Below, in pieces: positions 48,091 to 59,173 of a stretch of DNA of 64,000 nucleotides (position 1 is the first letter of the stretch; each line of letters begins with the position of its first letter). Position numbers and translations under genes: made by a program. Under the pieces are notes generated by a model. It had not been told where the DNA came from, made no database searches, and saw nothing but the letters and a program-made list of their open reading frames with translations. This DNA is from an uncultured Planctomycetota bacterium (lineage in GTDB: Bacteria; Planctomycetota; Planctomycetia; Isosphaerales; Isosphaeraceae). Location: positions 1,792,001 to 1,856,000 of the forward strand of contig CAWGMQ010000008.1 of the NCBI GenBank assembly GCA_963823665.1, in the 5' to 3' direction.

Positions 48091-48562
48091 TGCGCGGGCT
48101 CCATCCCGACCAGACCGCCGGCCGCGCTGGAGATCGACTCCGGCGGGGGGCGTAAGGTAGCTTGAGTAGCGAGAAGCGGCAAGGTGAAATCGAGCGTGTG
48201 AAGAACGCTGTTTGGAGTGAGCGCGGTGGAATCCGAGGAAGGTGAATCACTCTTGACCTAGCCTTTCCCGGCGCTATTATTGGGACGAGCAGATTGCATC
48301 AATTGAGCCGATGGAGGAAGAGCTTCCACGCGGCCAATCCCCCGCTTATACGAATTCATTCGACGTTCGCCCGCGATTGCATGCTCCTCATCGTCCCGAT
48401 GCGGCGCTGGGGTGGTATTGCGCTCCCGATTGTCATCCATTCGAGACGTGAGTTCGGCACTAGGTTGCTCGCAATCCGATCTCACGGAAAAGTCGTTCAA
48501 AGGAGCAAGTGGGGGCGGACGGATCGCGCCAAAACATTTACGGGACGGGCTTCGGAACGGTC

Positions 48563-49931
48563 ATGAATGAGTTTCCGCGCTTGGCTCTTGCGACACCAGC
48601 CGAGGGTGCTGAACCCTCGGTGGCCTGCCTGGCAATGCTGGCTGGGTTGACCGAACGACGATGGCGTGTGCAGCATTTTCGCACTCGTGCGTGCCCGACC
48701 GCCACAGAAGCGGTGGGGCAAGTGACGGGATTGCCCGGGCGGCATCTGGACGCCTGGCTGATGCCGCCAGCCGTTTGCCGCGGGCTGTTCGCCCGAGCAG
48801 CGATGTCGGCAGAACTATCGATTGTGGAAGGGACGCTCGGCGAGCCAAAGGGTAGCATTTCGTACACTTCGTGCGATACGTCGGGAGACTTGCTTCCGGT
48901 TGCGCAGGCGCTGGATCTGCCGGTGGTCGCCGTCGTGTCGTGTCGAGCGAGCGCGTCCGAGTCGCTGCACCTACCGCGGCTGCCGGACGGAATCGACGCG
49001 GTGCTGATCGACGAGCTGACCGATCCCAACGCGCTTCCGCAACTCAGGCGCCTGATCGGGCTCGGCGCGAATCTGCCGGTGATTGGCGCGATCGGGCTCA
49101 TGCCCGGGGTGCGAAGCGTGCTCGAGAGAGCGCCCCGAGATCGCCAGTTGCCGGAAGAATTGATCGTGGCGCTGGCTGCGGAATTCTGGAAGCACGCCAA
49201 TCTCGAGGCGATCGAGGCACTGGCGCAGCCGGCCGTTTTCGGAGGGGCTGGAAGTGGATCAACCCTGTCGTGGTCGAACGCGGCGCGGGTTTCGCGTGGC
49301 GTATGCGCAGGACGAGGCGTTCGGACGCTATTTTCCTGACACGATGGAGGCACTCGAGGCTCTCGGGGCCGACCTGCTCGAATTCTCGCCGATCCGGGAC
49401 GAACGGCTCCCAGACGGTGTCGACCTGGTGATGATCGGCTGCGGGATGCCCGATCCCCACGCGGATGTGCTGGCATCCAACGACAGCATGATGGCCGCAC
49501 TTCGTCAGCACGTGTGCCACGGTCAGCGGATCTATTGCGAAGGGGGCGGGGCGGCTTACCTGGGTCGGAGCATGATCATCGGCGGGAGGCGGGTTCCGGG
49601 TGCGGGGATTTTTCCGTTCGATGCCGAGCTGCTGGCGGATCCTCTGCCTCCGGTCCCGGTTACGCGCACATTGCTGCACGACACGTGGCTGGGCGCTCGA
49701 GGGACGGAAGTGCGCGGATACCGAAGCGGACGATGGCGACTGACGCCCAGAATGGAGCGATTTGAATGCCCGGAATGCGTGGGACCGCTCTCGGCGGAGG
49801 GCGACTGGTACTTCCACCACCACGCGGTTGGCAGCCTGCTTCACCTGCACCTGGGAGCGCTGCCGGAAGTTGTTGATGCTTTCGCATGCCCACACCCACC
49901 GTCGCTGCGCCGTCCGTCGACACACGGATGA
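48563..49931 (+). CDS. Cobyrinate a,c-diamide synthase (CobB/CbiA)-like protein with degenerate catalytic motifs (apparent frameshift near 49228)
   Basis: RHLDAWLM, IVEG, VAQALDLPVV, VAYAQDEAFGRYF, FSPIRDERLP and HLH blocks match the CbiA layout, but there is no GKT or ECGG. Confidence 0.75.
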
Positions 49932-49947
49932 AGCGTGTGGTGTGGTC

Positions 49948-50622
49948 TTAACGCTGGCCGTCGGAATTGATCTCGGTCTCGAGCATTCGGATGAACTCGC
50001 GGAGGGGCGGGTGGTGCGGCTGGATCTTGAGGCCGCGCTTGAGCGATTTGAGGGCGTCTTGCGGACGCCTTAGCTGGACTTGCGACTGGGCCATGCCGGA
50101 GATTGCGCCGAAGTGATAGGGATTGCGAGCGAGGACACGCTCGCAATCCTGGATGCTCTCGGCGAACCGGCCCTGAAGGAAATAGATGATGGCCCTCTGG
50201 TTGTATGCTTCGGCGAAATTGGGAGCAGTCGCGATCAGGCGGGTGACCAAGATCTCGGCGTGGTCGAGCTGATCGCGGCTGATTGCCAGCGCCACCTGGC
50301 TGAGCGTCTGATTGTGCTCGAATGTATCGGCGCGGAACCAGATTGCCCAGAGCGCGTCTTCAGCCATGCCGCGCACGATGGGATCGTCGTCGCTCAAGGC
50401 TCGACCCAATACCGTGTTGCTGTGAGCAAAGCTCCCGACGATCCCGAGCGATAACACGGCGGCACGGCGTGCGGCGACGTCGTTCGAGTCTGAGAGAATC
50501 CGGCCGAGGGTTCCCTCGTTGTAACGTGCGCTCACGCGGCTACGAAATGAGTCGAGATCGCGGTCGGTCAAGAACGCTTTGAAATACTCGATCAAGAGCG
50601 ACCGATTATGCGCTTCGGACAT
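49948..50622 (-). CDS. HEAT-repeat + TPR protein
   Basis: RRAAVLSLG, ALSDDDPIVR, PNFAEAYNQRA, NPYHFGA. Start may lie further upstream. Confidence 0.82.
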   Translation of the reverse strand: MSEAHNRSLLIEYFKAFLTDRDLDSFRSRVSARYNEGTLGRILSDSNDVAARRAAVLSLGIVGSFAHSNTVLGRALSDDDPIVRGMAEDALWAIWFRADTFEHNQTLSQVALAISRDQLDHAEILVTRLIATAPNFAEAYNQRAIIYFLQGRFAESIQDCERVLARNPYHFGAISGMAQSQVQLRRPQDALKSLKRGLKIQPHHPPLREFIRMLETEINSDGQR

Positions 50623-50849
50623 GGCAGAGACCCCCATTCCCGGATGCGAGGCCCCGGCTCCATCAGAGGCGCTGGAACACGTGTCGAACGACAGCGACGA
50701 GAGCCACAAGCACGCGGCCCATTTTATCCAACGGCAAGGCTGCACTCCCGTCATGGTACTCTCCGCACACTCGGTCGGCCCGTGATCGTGGAGAACTGGT
50801 CTCAGTCTAACACCGCAGGCCGGGCGGTTCCAGTTCCTGTCTCATGCGG

Positions 50850-51914
50850 TTACGGATGGTGCTCTGCTGCGAAATGGTTTTCCTGAAAAGGCTCAATGGT
50901 GCGAATGTCGGCCAATGGGAGCGAGGTCACGCGGGGAAGCTCACCTTCTGATTCAGCAGAGCTCAGCTCGAGCGTCACTCCTGTGCAAAGGCTGAGATCG
51001 ACCAGGCGGCCGACGACACGATTTCGAGGCGTTGAGACCACGATCAGGCAGCCGCGATGCTCGCTGCGCTGGAACCAAACAGCGCTCACGGATTCGGGGC
51101 CGAGCGCCCGGATTCGGTCGTACCAATGATCGAGGCGGCGAATCAGGTCGCGAGCCAGCTCGGAGCGATCGACGCCGGCACCGTCACGCTCGATCTGGAG
51201 GGACGTGGCGAGCTCGGCGAGCTCGGGCGTGAAGTCGTCATGTCGCAGGTTTGCGTTCAAGCCGATGCCGATCACGGCGCCCCAGGCCGGCTCGGCGATA
51301 GCCGCGCGGTTGGGCGCCCGGGAGCGCTCCACCAAGATGCCGGCGATCTTTCGGCCGTCGACCCGGACGTCGTTGGGCCATTTGATGAGGGCGGTCCGGC
51401 CGGTCCAGTCGGAGACGACTTCGGCCGTAGCGATGGCGCCCAGTGCCGTCAACCAAGCCAGTCCGGATCCGCCGGAAGAGTCGCCGGGCATCAACTCGGG
51501 CGGCGGGAAGAGCAACACTGACATCAGGATGGACGTACGTGGCGGGGCCGTCCAGGACCGGCCCTGGCGGCCTCTGCCGGCGGTCTGTTCCTCGGCCAGG
51601 ATGACCAGGCCATCGTTGGACCGGGAGTCTCCAGCCCGACTCGCGAGGTCATTCGTGCTGGTGACCCGGTTCCAGACCACGATACGCCGCCCGACCCGAC
51701 GCGCCGCCAGGTCGTGTTCGATCTGATCGGGACAGAGCCGCTCGGCGGGAGCCACATAGGAGGCACCTCGGTACGGGTGCTGCTCGATCCCGAACCCAAA
51801 ATCGACCAAGGATCTCAGGTCGCCTCGGACTTGATCCAGGTTTGGACCCAACTCGCAGAGCGGCACGTAATCACCCGGGACCGCGCGGAGGCGGTCGAGC
51901 AGTCGAATATTCAA
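50850..51914 (-). CDS. birA: Biotin--[acetyl-CoA carboxylase] ligase
   Basis: STND, AEEQTAGRGRQGRSW, IKWPND, KIAGILVE, GIGLN. Confidence 0.95.
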   Translation of the reverse strand: MNIRLLDRLRAVPGDYVPLCELGPNLDQVRGDLRSLVDFGFGIEQHPYRGASYVAPAERLCPDQIEHDLAARRVGRRIVVWNRVTSTNDLASRAGDSRSNDGLVILAEEQTAGRGRQGRSWTAPPRTSILMSVLLFPPPELMPGDSSGGSGLAWLTALGAIATAEVVSDWTGRTALIKWPNDVRVDGRKIAGILVERSRAPNRAAIAEPAWGAVIGIGLNANLRHDDFTPELAELATSLQIERDGAGVDRSELARDLIRRLDHWYDRIRALGPESVSAVWFQRSEHRGCLIVVSTPRNRVVGRLVDLSLCTGVTLELSSAESEGELPRVTSLPLADIRTIEPFQENHFAAEHHP

Positions 51915-51973
51915 GCCCGATTCTCCGTGACAGAAAAGATTGATTCTCCGCTTGGTGTGAATGAAACGATGAC

Positions 51974-52891
51974 TCAGGGGACCGATCGATCGTGATCGTA
52001 ATCGAGTGCGATGTCGAGTGCGGGAGCGGAATGGGTGAGTGCTCCGACGCTGATGCGATCGACACCGGTCTCGGCCAGGGCGCGCACGGCATGGAGGTTG
52101 ACACCACCGGAGGCCTCGAGCTTGATCTGCGGGGCGGCGGCATCACGACGCCGGACGGCCTCGGCGAGCTGGTCGGGCCCAAGGTTGTCGATCAGGATGA
52201 GATCGGGAGAGCACTCGAGCGCGCGATCGAACTGTTCGAGGGAATCGACTTCGATTTCGATGGTGGTGCCGGGGGGGGTGAAAGTAAGGGCGGACGTGAT
52301 CGCGGTTGCGACCGGATCACGGCCGGAAGCTTGGGCGGCTTCCTTGATCCAAGCCAGATGATTGTCCTTGATAAGAACCGCGTCGTAGAGGCCGAATCGG
52401 TGATTGGATCCGCCGCCGCAGCGGACTGCGTATTTTTCGAGGAAACGCCAGCCCGGGGTTGTCTTGCGCGTGTCGAAGATGGCCGCGTGGGTGCCGTGGA
52501 CTTCCGCGACGTAGCGCGCGGTCAAAGAGGCGATTCCGCTCAATCGCTGGAGGAAATTGAGTGCGGTACGCTCCATGGCGAGCAGCGAGCGCATGGGACC
52601 GGCGAGGCGCCCGATCAGGCTACCAGTTTCGAGGCGGTCGCCATCGGCCATTCGCGGTGTCCAGATCGGATTCGGCTCGAACTTCCTGGAGAGCATCTCG
52701 ACGGCGGGCAGCCCGGCGAGCACGCCAGGGGATCGGGCGACGAGCCGGGCGGCTCCTCGGGCACTCGCGGGAATTGTCGCCAGGGACGTTATATCGCCTC
52801 GCTCGAGGAGATCTTCCTCGAGCGCAGCGCTGATCAAGAACTCAAGGTTTTGCCGCTCGCGCTCGCCGAACGAGTGACGCAAATCGCTCAC
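51974..52891 (-). CDS. nadC: Nicotinate-nucleotide diphosphorylase (quinolinate phosphoribosyltransferase)
   Basis: ERTALNFLQRLSGIA, DTRKTTPG, HRFGLYDAVLIKDNH, EASGG, ISVGALTHS. Confidence 0.97.
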   Translation of the reverse strand: MSDLRHSFGERERQNLEFLISAALEEDLLERGDITSLATIPASARGAARLVARSPGVLAGLPAVEMLSRKFEPNPIWTPRMADGDRLETGSLIGRLAGPMRSLLAMERTALNFLQRLSGIASLTARYVAEVHGTHAAIFDTRKTTPGWRFLEKYAVRCGGGSNHRFGLYDAVLIKDNHLAWIKEAAQASGRDPVATAITSALTFTPPGTTIEIEVDSLEQFDRALECSPDLILIDNLGPDQLAEAVRRRDAAAPQIKLEASGGVNLHAVRALAETGVDRISVGALTHSAPALDIALDYDHDRSVP

Positions 52892-52951
52892 GAGGCGCCC
52901 TCCTCCCTCAAACGCACAGCACCGGAAAAGGCCAGCGTGTGCGAGTCGTGG

Positions 52952-54222
52952 TCAGGGGGCTGTTTTCGCATTCGGACCCGATCTGGTTTTTTTGTAGTAG
53001 ACCGGCGACTGCGGCGTGGTCGATTTTTCGTCCGAGTCGTAAAATTCGACGGGAACGTCGACGCGGGCGGGCACGCTATGGCCCTGGGAGAGGCTGACCG
53101 CGGTGGAGATCGCTTTACGCACGACCCGATTCGGGGAGTACGCGGCGACGGCGGCGAAATCGGCGATCCTGATCATATCCGTGTAGTTTCCGTCTGATGG
53201 AAACGCAGCCTGGACGTAGAGACGATCCGGAATCAACTGAGCCATCACCTGCCGGGCAGCGGTCGTGCTCAGCCCGTCGGTCGCGAAGACCAGGACGGGC
53301 TTGGGATTCGTGGTGAGTTTCTGTTTCAGCAGTTTTGCGCCGGCCTCGGCTGATTTCGAGAAGCTGATTTCTTCGACGCTGGTGATTCCAGCGTCCTTGA
53401 GGCGCTCCGGATGGCCGTGATTCGCTCGAGGGCGAAGAGATCGCCGAATTGATTGACCAGAAGCACTGCGCCGCCTTTGGGATCGAGCCGCGCGTTCGTG
53501 GCGTTGCGGATCGCCGAAGCCACGAGCTGACGGGCGGACGGCGCGAACGACGGCGGAGCGACCAGAACGAGACTGCCAAAACCGGCAGACTCAGGGGTGC
53601 CGGATGGGCCTGGTCGCGCCGCGGCTGCAGGCGCGGTGGATTCCTTCAGGGCGGCACCGGTTGCTTTCGCGGCATCGGCATTTGAAGCTGTCGTGGCGAG
53701 CGGCCGGTTGAGCAGGACCACGGGGATTCCATCCGCTCGAGCTTTCCGGATGACTTCGGCCATGCGGGTGTCGGAGGGGTCAGCGGGCTCGACGATCAGC
53801 GCCAGCGGATGGCGCGCGAGCGCCTCGCGGACGAATTCGACCTGTTGTGAAGGCGGGTCGGCATCGCCCAAGACTTTGGGTCTGAGCCGGATCTTATCGA
53901 GCCCCGCCTGCGTGCGAGCAGCGGTCAGGACGATATCGATCTCACTGGGATCGCGGTGGTCCAGGATCATTTCGACCGAACGAGCGCCGGAGGCGGAGCC
54001 GTCGAGTGCCTCCGGGGCGGGCACGTCGATCGAATCTTCGGACGCGGAACCGCGGAGACCGTCGGGCGGCGGCGGGAGGAATGTGCTATTTGAATCGCAG
54101 CCGATCGAGACGAAGGCGGCGGAAACGGCCAACACGGCTCGTGCGAGAACGACGAACAGCCTGGGCAACGGGGATTGGCGTGGCTTGTACGCACTCGAGG
54201 GGAGCCGGAAATACCCGAACAT
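52952..54222 (-). CDS. Lipoprotein, periplasmic sugar-binding-like fold (apparent frameshift(s) near 53400-53300)
   Basis: Lipobox-like SIGC, ALIVEP, ADGIPVVLLNRP; continues into fragment 52952..53248. Confidence 0.6.
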
Positions 54223-54401
54223 GGGATTCTCTCTTTCTGCAGATTCAGCGAGACGCTCGTGGACGGTCGGCAAAAAAGATACCGATGATGGCGTTACCAG
54301 GAGATGCTCGCGGATTGACACTTCGAGTTGATTCTACTGCGAAACCGGGTGGGATGGCCACCGAATTGAGGGACGGGGACGAAGCGAACCGGGGGATGCC
54401 G

Positions 54402-56456
54402 CTACTGTTTTCGGCGGGCGGTGCGGGCCTTGGCGCGGCCGCGTTTGCTCTGGGCCTGGGGGCTTGCCGCGGGAAGTGGCGGGCCGCCCGAGCCGGCGGA
54501 GCGGAGCTCGAGGATCTTGTCGCGCAGGGCGGCGGCCCGCTCGAATTCGAGCTTTTCCGCGGCCTCGAGCATTTCGGCTTCCAAGGCGCTCAGATATTCC
54601 TCGGTGTTGTCGGTGGTTTCGTCGCGGCCGACGGCGCGTCGAGCGATGCTTCGTGCCTGTATTTCTTCCTCGATTCCGCGGCGAATGGCTTTCTTGATCG
54701 TTTCGGGGGTGATTCCGTGCTCAGCATTGTACTTGAGCTGGAGCAATCGCCGCCGCTGGGTCTCGTCGATCGCACGCTGCATGGAATTCGTGACCTTATC
54801 GGCGTATAGAACGACTTCTGCATTGACGTGGCGGGCGGAGCGGCCGATGGTCTGGATCAGCGACGTGTCGCTGCGCAGGAAGCCCTCCTTGTCGGCGTCC
54901 AAGATGCAGACCATCGAGACCTCGGGGAGGTCGAGGCCCTCGCGGAGGAGGTTTACGCCCACCAGGGTATCGAAGGCACCTTCGCGCAGCTCGCGAAGGA
55001 TTGTCACTCGCTCGAAGGCGTCGAGCTCGGAGTGCAGCCATTTGCAGCGAATCCCCTGTTCCTTCAAGTAACGTGAGAGATCTTCGGCCAGCCGTTTGGT
55101 GAGCGTGGTGATCAGCACACGCTCGCCGCGGGCGGCCCGCGCCTTGACCTCCTGGACCAAGGCGGGAACCTGGCCGCGGGCCGGCTCCACGCGTACAACC
55201 GGGTCGACCAGACCGGTGGGGCGGATGACCTGTTCGACGACCTCGCCGCCGGAGACGGCGACTTCGTACTCGCTGGGGGTCGCCGAAACGAAGAGCCGCC
55301 TGTGGAATTTGCGCTCCCACTCGTCGAAGCGCAAGGGGCGGTTGTCGATTGCGCTGGGGAGACGGAAGCCGTGCTCGACCAGCGTGCTCTTGCGGCTGAA
55401 ATCGCCGGCGAACATTCCGCGAATCTGAGGCACCGAGACGTGCGACTCATCGAGGATGAGCAGGCTGTCCTGGGGAAAAAAGTCGAGCAGCGTGGTGGGA
55501 GTCTCACCTGGCGCGCGGCCCGCCAGATGGCGCGAATAATTCTCGATACCCGAGCAGTAGCCGACTTCCATGAGCATTTCCATGTCGTAGCGCGTGCGTG
55601 CGGCGAGCCGCTGAGCTTCGAGGAGCTTCCCCTGTTCCTTGAGCACCTGGAGCCTTTCTTCGAGCTCGGCGGCGATGCTCTCGACGGCGCCTTTGATCCG
55701 TTCCTCGGGCAAGACGAAGTGCTTCGCCGGATAGACGTACATTTCCTGGTGAGTTTCGAGCACGCTGCCGGAAAGCGGGTCGATGATCCCGAGACGCTCG
55801 ACCTCGTCACCGAAGAGCTCGATCCGGTAGGCGATTTCGTCGTAAGCAGGCCAGAGCTCAATCACATCGCCGCGGACGCGGAATTTACCGCGCTCGAACG
55901 AGACGTCGTTGCGGTCATACTGGATGTCGACGAATTTGAGAAGGACCTCGTCGCGGTCGATCATGTCGCCGACCTGGAGGCGCACCATCATCTTGCGGTA
56001 ATCATCGGGTGAACCCAAGCCGTAGATGCACGAAACGCTGGCCACCACCACGACGTCTTCGCGGCTGACGAGCGCGCTTGTGCATGCCAGCCTGAGGCGC
56101 TCGATCTCGTCGTTGACCGCGGCGTCCTTCTCGATGTAAATGTCGCGCTGGGGGATGTATGCCTCGGGCTGATAGTAGTCGTAATAGCTGACGAAGTAGC
56201 GAACGGCATTGCGAGGGAAGAAATCCTTGAATTCCGCGTAAAGCTGGGCGGCCAGCGTCTTGTTGTGCGACATCACGAGCGCGGGCTGCCCGTATTGTGC
56301 GATCACATTGGCCATCGTGTACGTCTTGCCGGAGCCGGTGACGCCCATGAGTGTTTGATTCGACTGGCCCAGACGCAATCCCTCGACCAGGCGCTCGATC
56401 GCCTGCGGTTGATCGCCGGCGGGCTGAAACGGACTGACAAGCTCGAATGCAGGCAT
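54402..56456 (-). CDS. uvrB: Excinuclease ABC subunit B
   Basis: [43 protein letters not shown]-terminal UVR domain FERAAALRD. Confidence 0.99.
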   Translation of the reverse strand: MPAFELVSPFQPAGDQPQAIERLVEGLRLGQSNQTLMGVTGSGKTYTMANVIAQYGQPALVMSHNKTLAAQLYAEFKDFFPRNAVRYFVSYYDYYQPEAYIPQRDIYIEKDAAVNDEIERLRLACTSALVSREDVVVVASVSCIYGLGSPDDYRKMMVRLQVGDMIDRDEVLLKFVDIQYDRNDVSFERGKFRVRGDVIELWPAYDEIAYRIELFGDEVERLGIIDPLSGSVLETHQEMYVYPAKHFVLPEERIKGAVESIAAELEERLQVLKEQGKLLEAQRLAARTRYDMEMLMEVGYCSGIENYSRHLAGRAPGETPTTLLDFFPQDSLLILDESHVSVPQIRGMFAGDFSRKSTLVEHGFRLPSAIDNRPLRFDEWERKFHRRLFVSATPSEYEVAVSGGEVVEQVIRPTGLVDPVVRVEPARGQVPALVQEVKARAARGERVLITTLTKRLAEDLSRYLKEQGIRCKWLHSELDAFERVTILRELREGAFDTLVGVNLLREGLDLPEVSMVCILDADKEGFLRSDTSLIQTIGRSARHVNAEVVLYADKVTNSMQRAIDETQRRRLLQLKYNAEHGITPETIKKAIRRGIEEEIQARSIARRAVGRDETTDNTEEYLSALEAEMLEAAEKLEFERAAALRDKILELRSAGSGGPPLPAASPQAQSKRGRAKARTARRKQ

Positions 56457-56569
56457 GAATCGTCCTATCGAATCGCGAGAAGCGGGGATCCGGTCGAATC
56501 TTATTATTCTCGACGACCGTGAAAGAGGCTAGGGGGGCCGGGCTGAGGGGTCTTGGGAGCGGGGACCCC

Positions 56570-56598
56570 TTGAGAGCCGCGTCTGGGGGAGCTAAGTT
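56570..56598 (+). promoter_or_regulatory. Possible sigma70 promoter of sodC
   Basis: TTGAGA-N17-TAAGTT about 60 nt upstream of ATG 56657. Confidence 0.3.
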
Positions 56599-56656
56599 GC
56601 ATTCAGGCCTTTGCCGAAACACCAAGTCAACTGGTCAAGAACCAAGGAGATCTGAC

Positions 56657-57217
56657 ATGCCGATCAAGAAATGCGTTGCCGCAGTGGCGACTGGCGCGGC
56701 TCTTTGCTTTATTGTGCTGGGGCTTCGCAGCCTGGACGCGGCACAGCATGACGACACCAAGGCGGAAGGGGACATCACCAAAGCGGTCGCCCAATTGCAT
56801 TCTGCATCGGGCAGCGAGGTTACAGGCACGGTGACCTTCACCAAATCGGCTTCGGGAATTCATGTGCACGCCGAAATCAGCGGGTTGAAACCTGGCGAGC
56901 ACGGCTTCCACGTCCATGAATTTGGCGTGTGGTCGAAGGACGGCATGTCGTCAGGGTCGCATTTCAACCCCGGCAAGGCGCCGCATGGCAGCATTGACAG
57001 CAAGAAACGCCATGTCGGTGATCTTGGCAATATCACGGCGAACTCCAACGGGAACGCGACGCTGGACGTGGATGACTCGCACTTGAGCTTCCACGGTGCT
57101 CACTCGATCATTGGCCGGGGCGTGGTTGTCCATGAAAAGGTCGACGACTTCTCGCAGCCGGTAGGCAATGCCGGTGCGCGGCTGGCCGTTGGCGTGGTGG
57201 GGATCGCCAAGCCTTGA
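56657..57217 (+). CDS. sodC: Cu/Zn superoxide dismutase, exported
   Basis: AGGAG RBS; signal peptide; HGFHVHE, HFNP, HVGDLGN, VVHE, GNAGAR. Confidence 0.95.
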   Translation: MPIKKCVAAVATGAALCFIVLGLRSLDAAQHDDTKAEGDITKAVAQLHSASGSEVTGTVTFTKSASGIHVHAEISGLKPGEHGFHVHEFGVWSKDGMSSGSHFNPGKAPHGSIDSKKRHVGDLGNITANSNGNATLDVDDSHLSFHGAHSIIGRGVVVHEKVDDFSQPVGNAGARLAVGVVGIAKP

Positions 57218-57291
57218 AAAGATGACGCGATTGCGGCGAGTGAATCAGGCGACTTCGTAGGTTGCAGTTGGTCGCTTTGATCACTCGCCGT

Positions 57292-58887
57292 TCACGATGC
57301 GCCCGAGGCGCGCTCGATATCCGACAGGACGTCGGCGACGGTTTCAAAGCCCGGCAAGAGGACGATCCGTTTCTCGGAATTGAGCCATTTATTTACTTTT
57401 CTTTCGGCGGCGATGACCGTCGTGTGATTGCGCCCACCGAAGTAACGACCGATCTCGCTGTAGGCTGCGCGTGTGTGCTTACGGCAGAGGTACATGGCGA
57501 TCATCCGCGGGTAGGCCAATGCCTGGGCTCGGCCCTCCGCTTTGAGCGCTTCGGCTTTCACCTGGAAGAGATTGCACACCACTCGCTCGACGTCGCGCAC
57601 GCCGATGGACACGGTCGTGTGGCGAATCGAATCCCGCAGGGCGGACTGGGCGAGGGTCAGGTCAAGGCGCCGGCCGGTGAGAGCGGCCTGAGTGATCACG
57701 GTGTGGAGGGCCCCTTCGAGCTCGCGAACGCTGGCCCGGAGGTGCTCGGCGATGTAAGCGACCACCGCCTCGGGCACTTCAACGCCGTGTGCGGATGCTT
57801 TCGCCTGGAGTATGGCCTGGCGCGTCATCAAATCTGGAGACTCGATCCGGACTACCATGCCGGCCAGGAAACGCGTCACCAGCTCATCGGTCAGGCGCGA
57901 AATCTGGCGCGGGTGTTGATCGGCCGAGAGGATAATCGGTGCTCCCTTGTCGTACAGAGCATTGAAGGTGTAGAGGAATTCGACCATTGTGGCTCGTTTG
58001 GCCGCGAGGAATTGAATGTCGTCGACGATCAATCCGCCGGCGCCGCGGAACCGGGTGCGGAAACCACTCAGGGTTCCGGAGCGCATCGACTCAAGAAAGC
58101 CATTGGTGAATGCCTCGGCGCTCATCTGAACGATCTGCAATCTCGGGTGCAGTTGCCTCAGGCTGAGGTTGATTCCTTCGAGCAGATGGCTTTTCCCCAG
58201 GCCGATTGCGCTGTGGATCATGAGCGGATTAAACGTTTGTCCAGCGATTCGCGACATTTCAGCGGCGGCGGCATGTGCCATGCGGTTGCCCGGCCCCGTG
58301 ACGAAATCTTCGAGCCGACGAAGCGGCCGGCGAGACAAGCCCGGTAGGATCAAGCCGGCGGGGGCAGCACTGGATTCACCTCGCCTGGGTTGGTGGATTT
58401 CGGAGCGGTTGAGCGGTTGATTTCGCACGGCGGCTAGACCGTTCGATGCGGCGGGCAGCGGCACCGGGTAAGTGGGTTCAACGGGCAGCGGAAGTGGAGT
58501 TTTCGCGAGCAGGCTTGGACACTTGCCGGTTTCCGGAGGACTCGATGGCGGCGCTGGCACATCGGCCGGGTGCTGGTCGCACACCCCAGCGACCTCGATC
58601 GAGACGCGGAGCCGCTGGCCGATGACGGCCTCGACGGCATCGAGCAGGCTGGGGGTATAGTGGCGCTCGATCCAATCGCGGAAGAACGAATCGGGAACCC
58701 GAACGATCAAGGAGTCGCCTTCGCGGTTGAGCCCGAGCCGGACGTTGCCGCCGAACCAGAGTGCGAATCGTGTGGCACCCACGCGGTCGGAAACAGCCAA
58801 CCGTAGCGCTTCCTCAAGTCTTGCCGGAGTGTGAGCGCCGGCGTCCGGACCGATTTGATCCCGGCCCTCTGTCGAGTGCACCGCCAT
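57292..58887 (-). CDS. dnaA: Chromosomal replication initiator DnaA
   Basis: FVTGPGN, FNPL, GLGKSHLL, VDDIQF, VRELEGA, IGRYFGGRNHTTV. Confidence 0.95.
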   Translation of the reverse strand: MAVHSTEGRDQIGPDAGAHTPARLEEALRLAVSDRVGATRFALWFGGNVRLGLNREGDSLIVRVPDSFFRDWIERHYTPSLLDAVEAVIGQRLRVSIEVAGVCDQHPADVPAPPSSPPETGKCPSLLAKTPLPLPVEPTYPVPLPAASNGLAAVRNQPLNRSEIHQPRRGESSAAPAGLILPGLSRRPLRRLEDFVTGPGNRMAHAAAAEMSRIAGQTFNPLMIHSAIGLGKSHLLEGINLSLRQLHPRLQIVQMSAEAFTNGFLESMRSGTLSGFRTRFRGAGGLIVDDIQFLAAKRATMVEFLYTFNALYDKGAPIILSADQHPRQISRLTDELVTRFLAGMVVRIESPDLMTRQAILQAKASAHGVEVPEAVVAYIAEHLRASVRELEGALHTVITQAALTGRRLDLTLAQSALRDSIRHTTVSIGVRDVERVVCNLFQVKAEALKAEGRAQALAYPRMIAMYLCRKHTRAAYSEIGRYFGGRNHTTVIAAERKVNKWLNSEKRIVLLPGFETVADVLSDIERASGAS

Positions 58888-58939
58888 GCTGCGTTACCTT
58901 GGGGAGCCACAAAGCTCGGCGCGATTAACCAGCCTCAGG

Positions 58940-58968
58940 CTTATGCGCTCTGGCAGCAGGGTTGTCAA
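58940..58968 (-). promoter_or_regulatory. Probable sigma70 promoter of dnaA
   Basis: Minus strand TTGACA-N17-CATAAG about 50 nt upstream of the start. Confidence 0.45.
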
Positions 58969-59173
58969 AGAAAGCAGGGCGCTATCTCGGAAAATAGTCT
59001 GAGCAATAAGCAAGCCTTAGCGGATCTATCGGCGAGGGCAAGCGAGCATCGTTGCTTCGGAATGCTTCGAAAATGTTGAGGGGAGTGATTGAGCGCCGCG
59101 GAGAGCCACCCGTGAGATGAGAAGCGCGAGGCGGTCGATCAGCAAATTTTGGGAATCTGCGCGATCGATCGAT

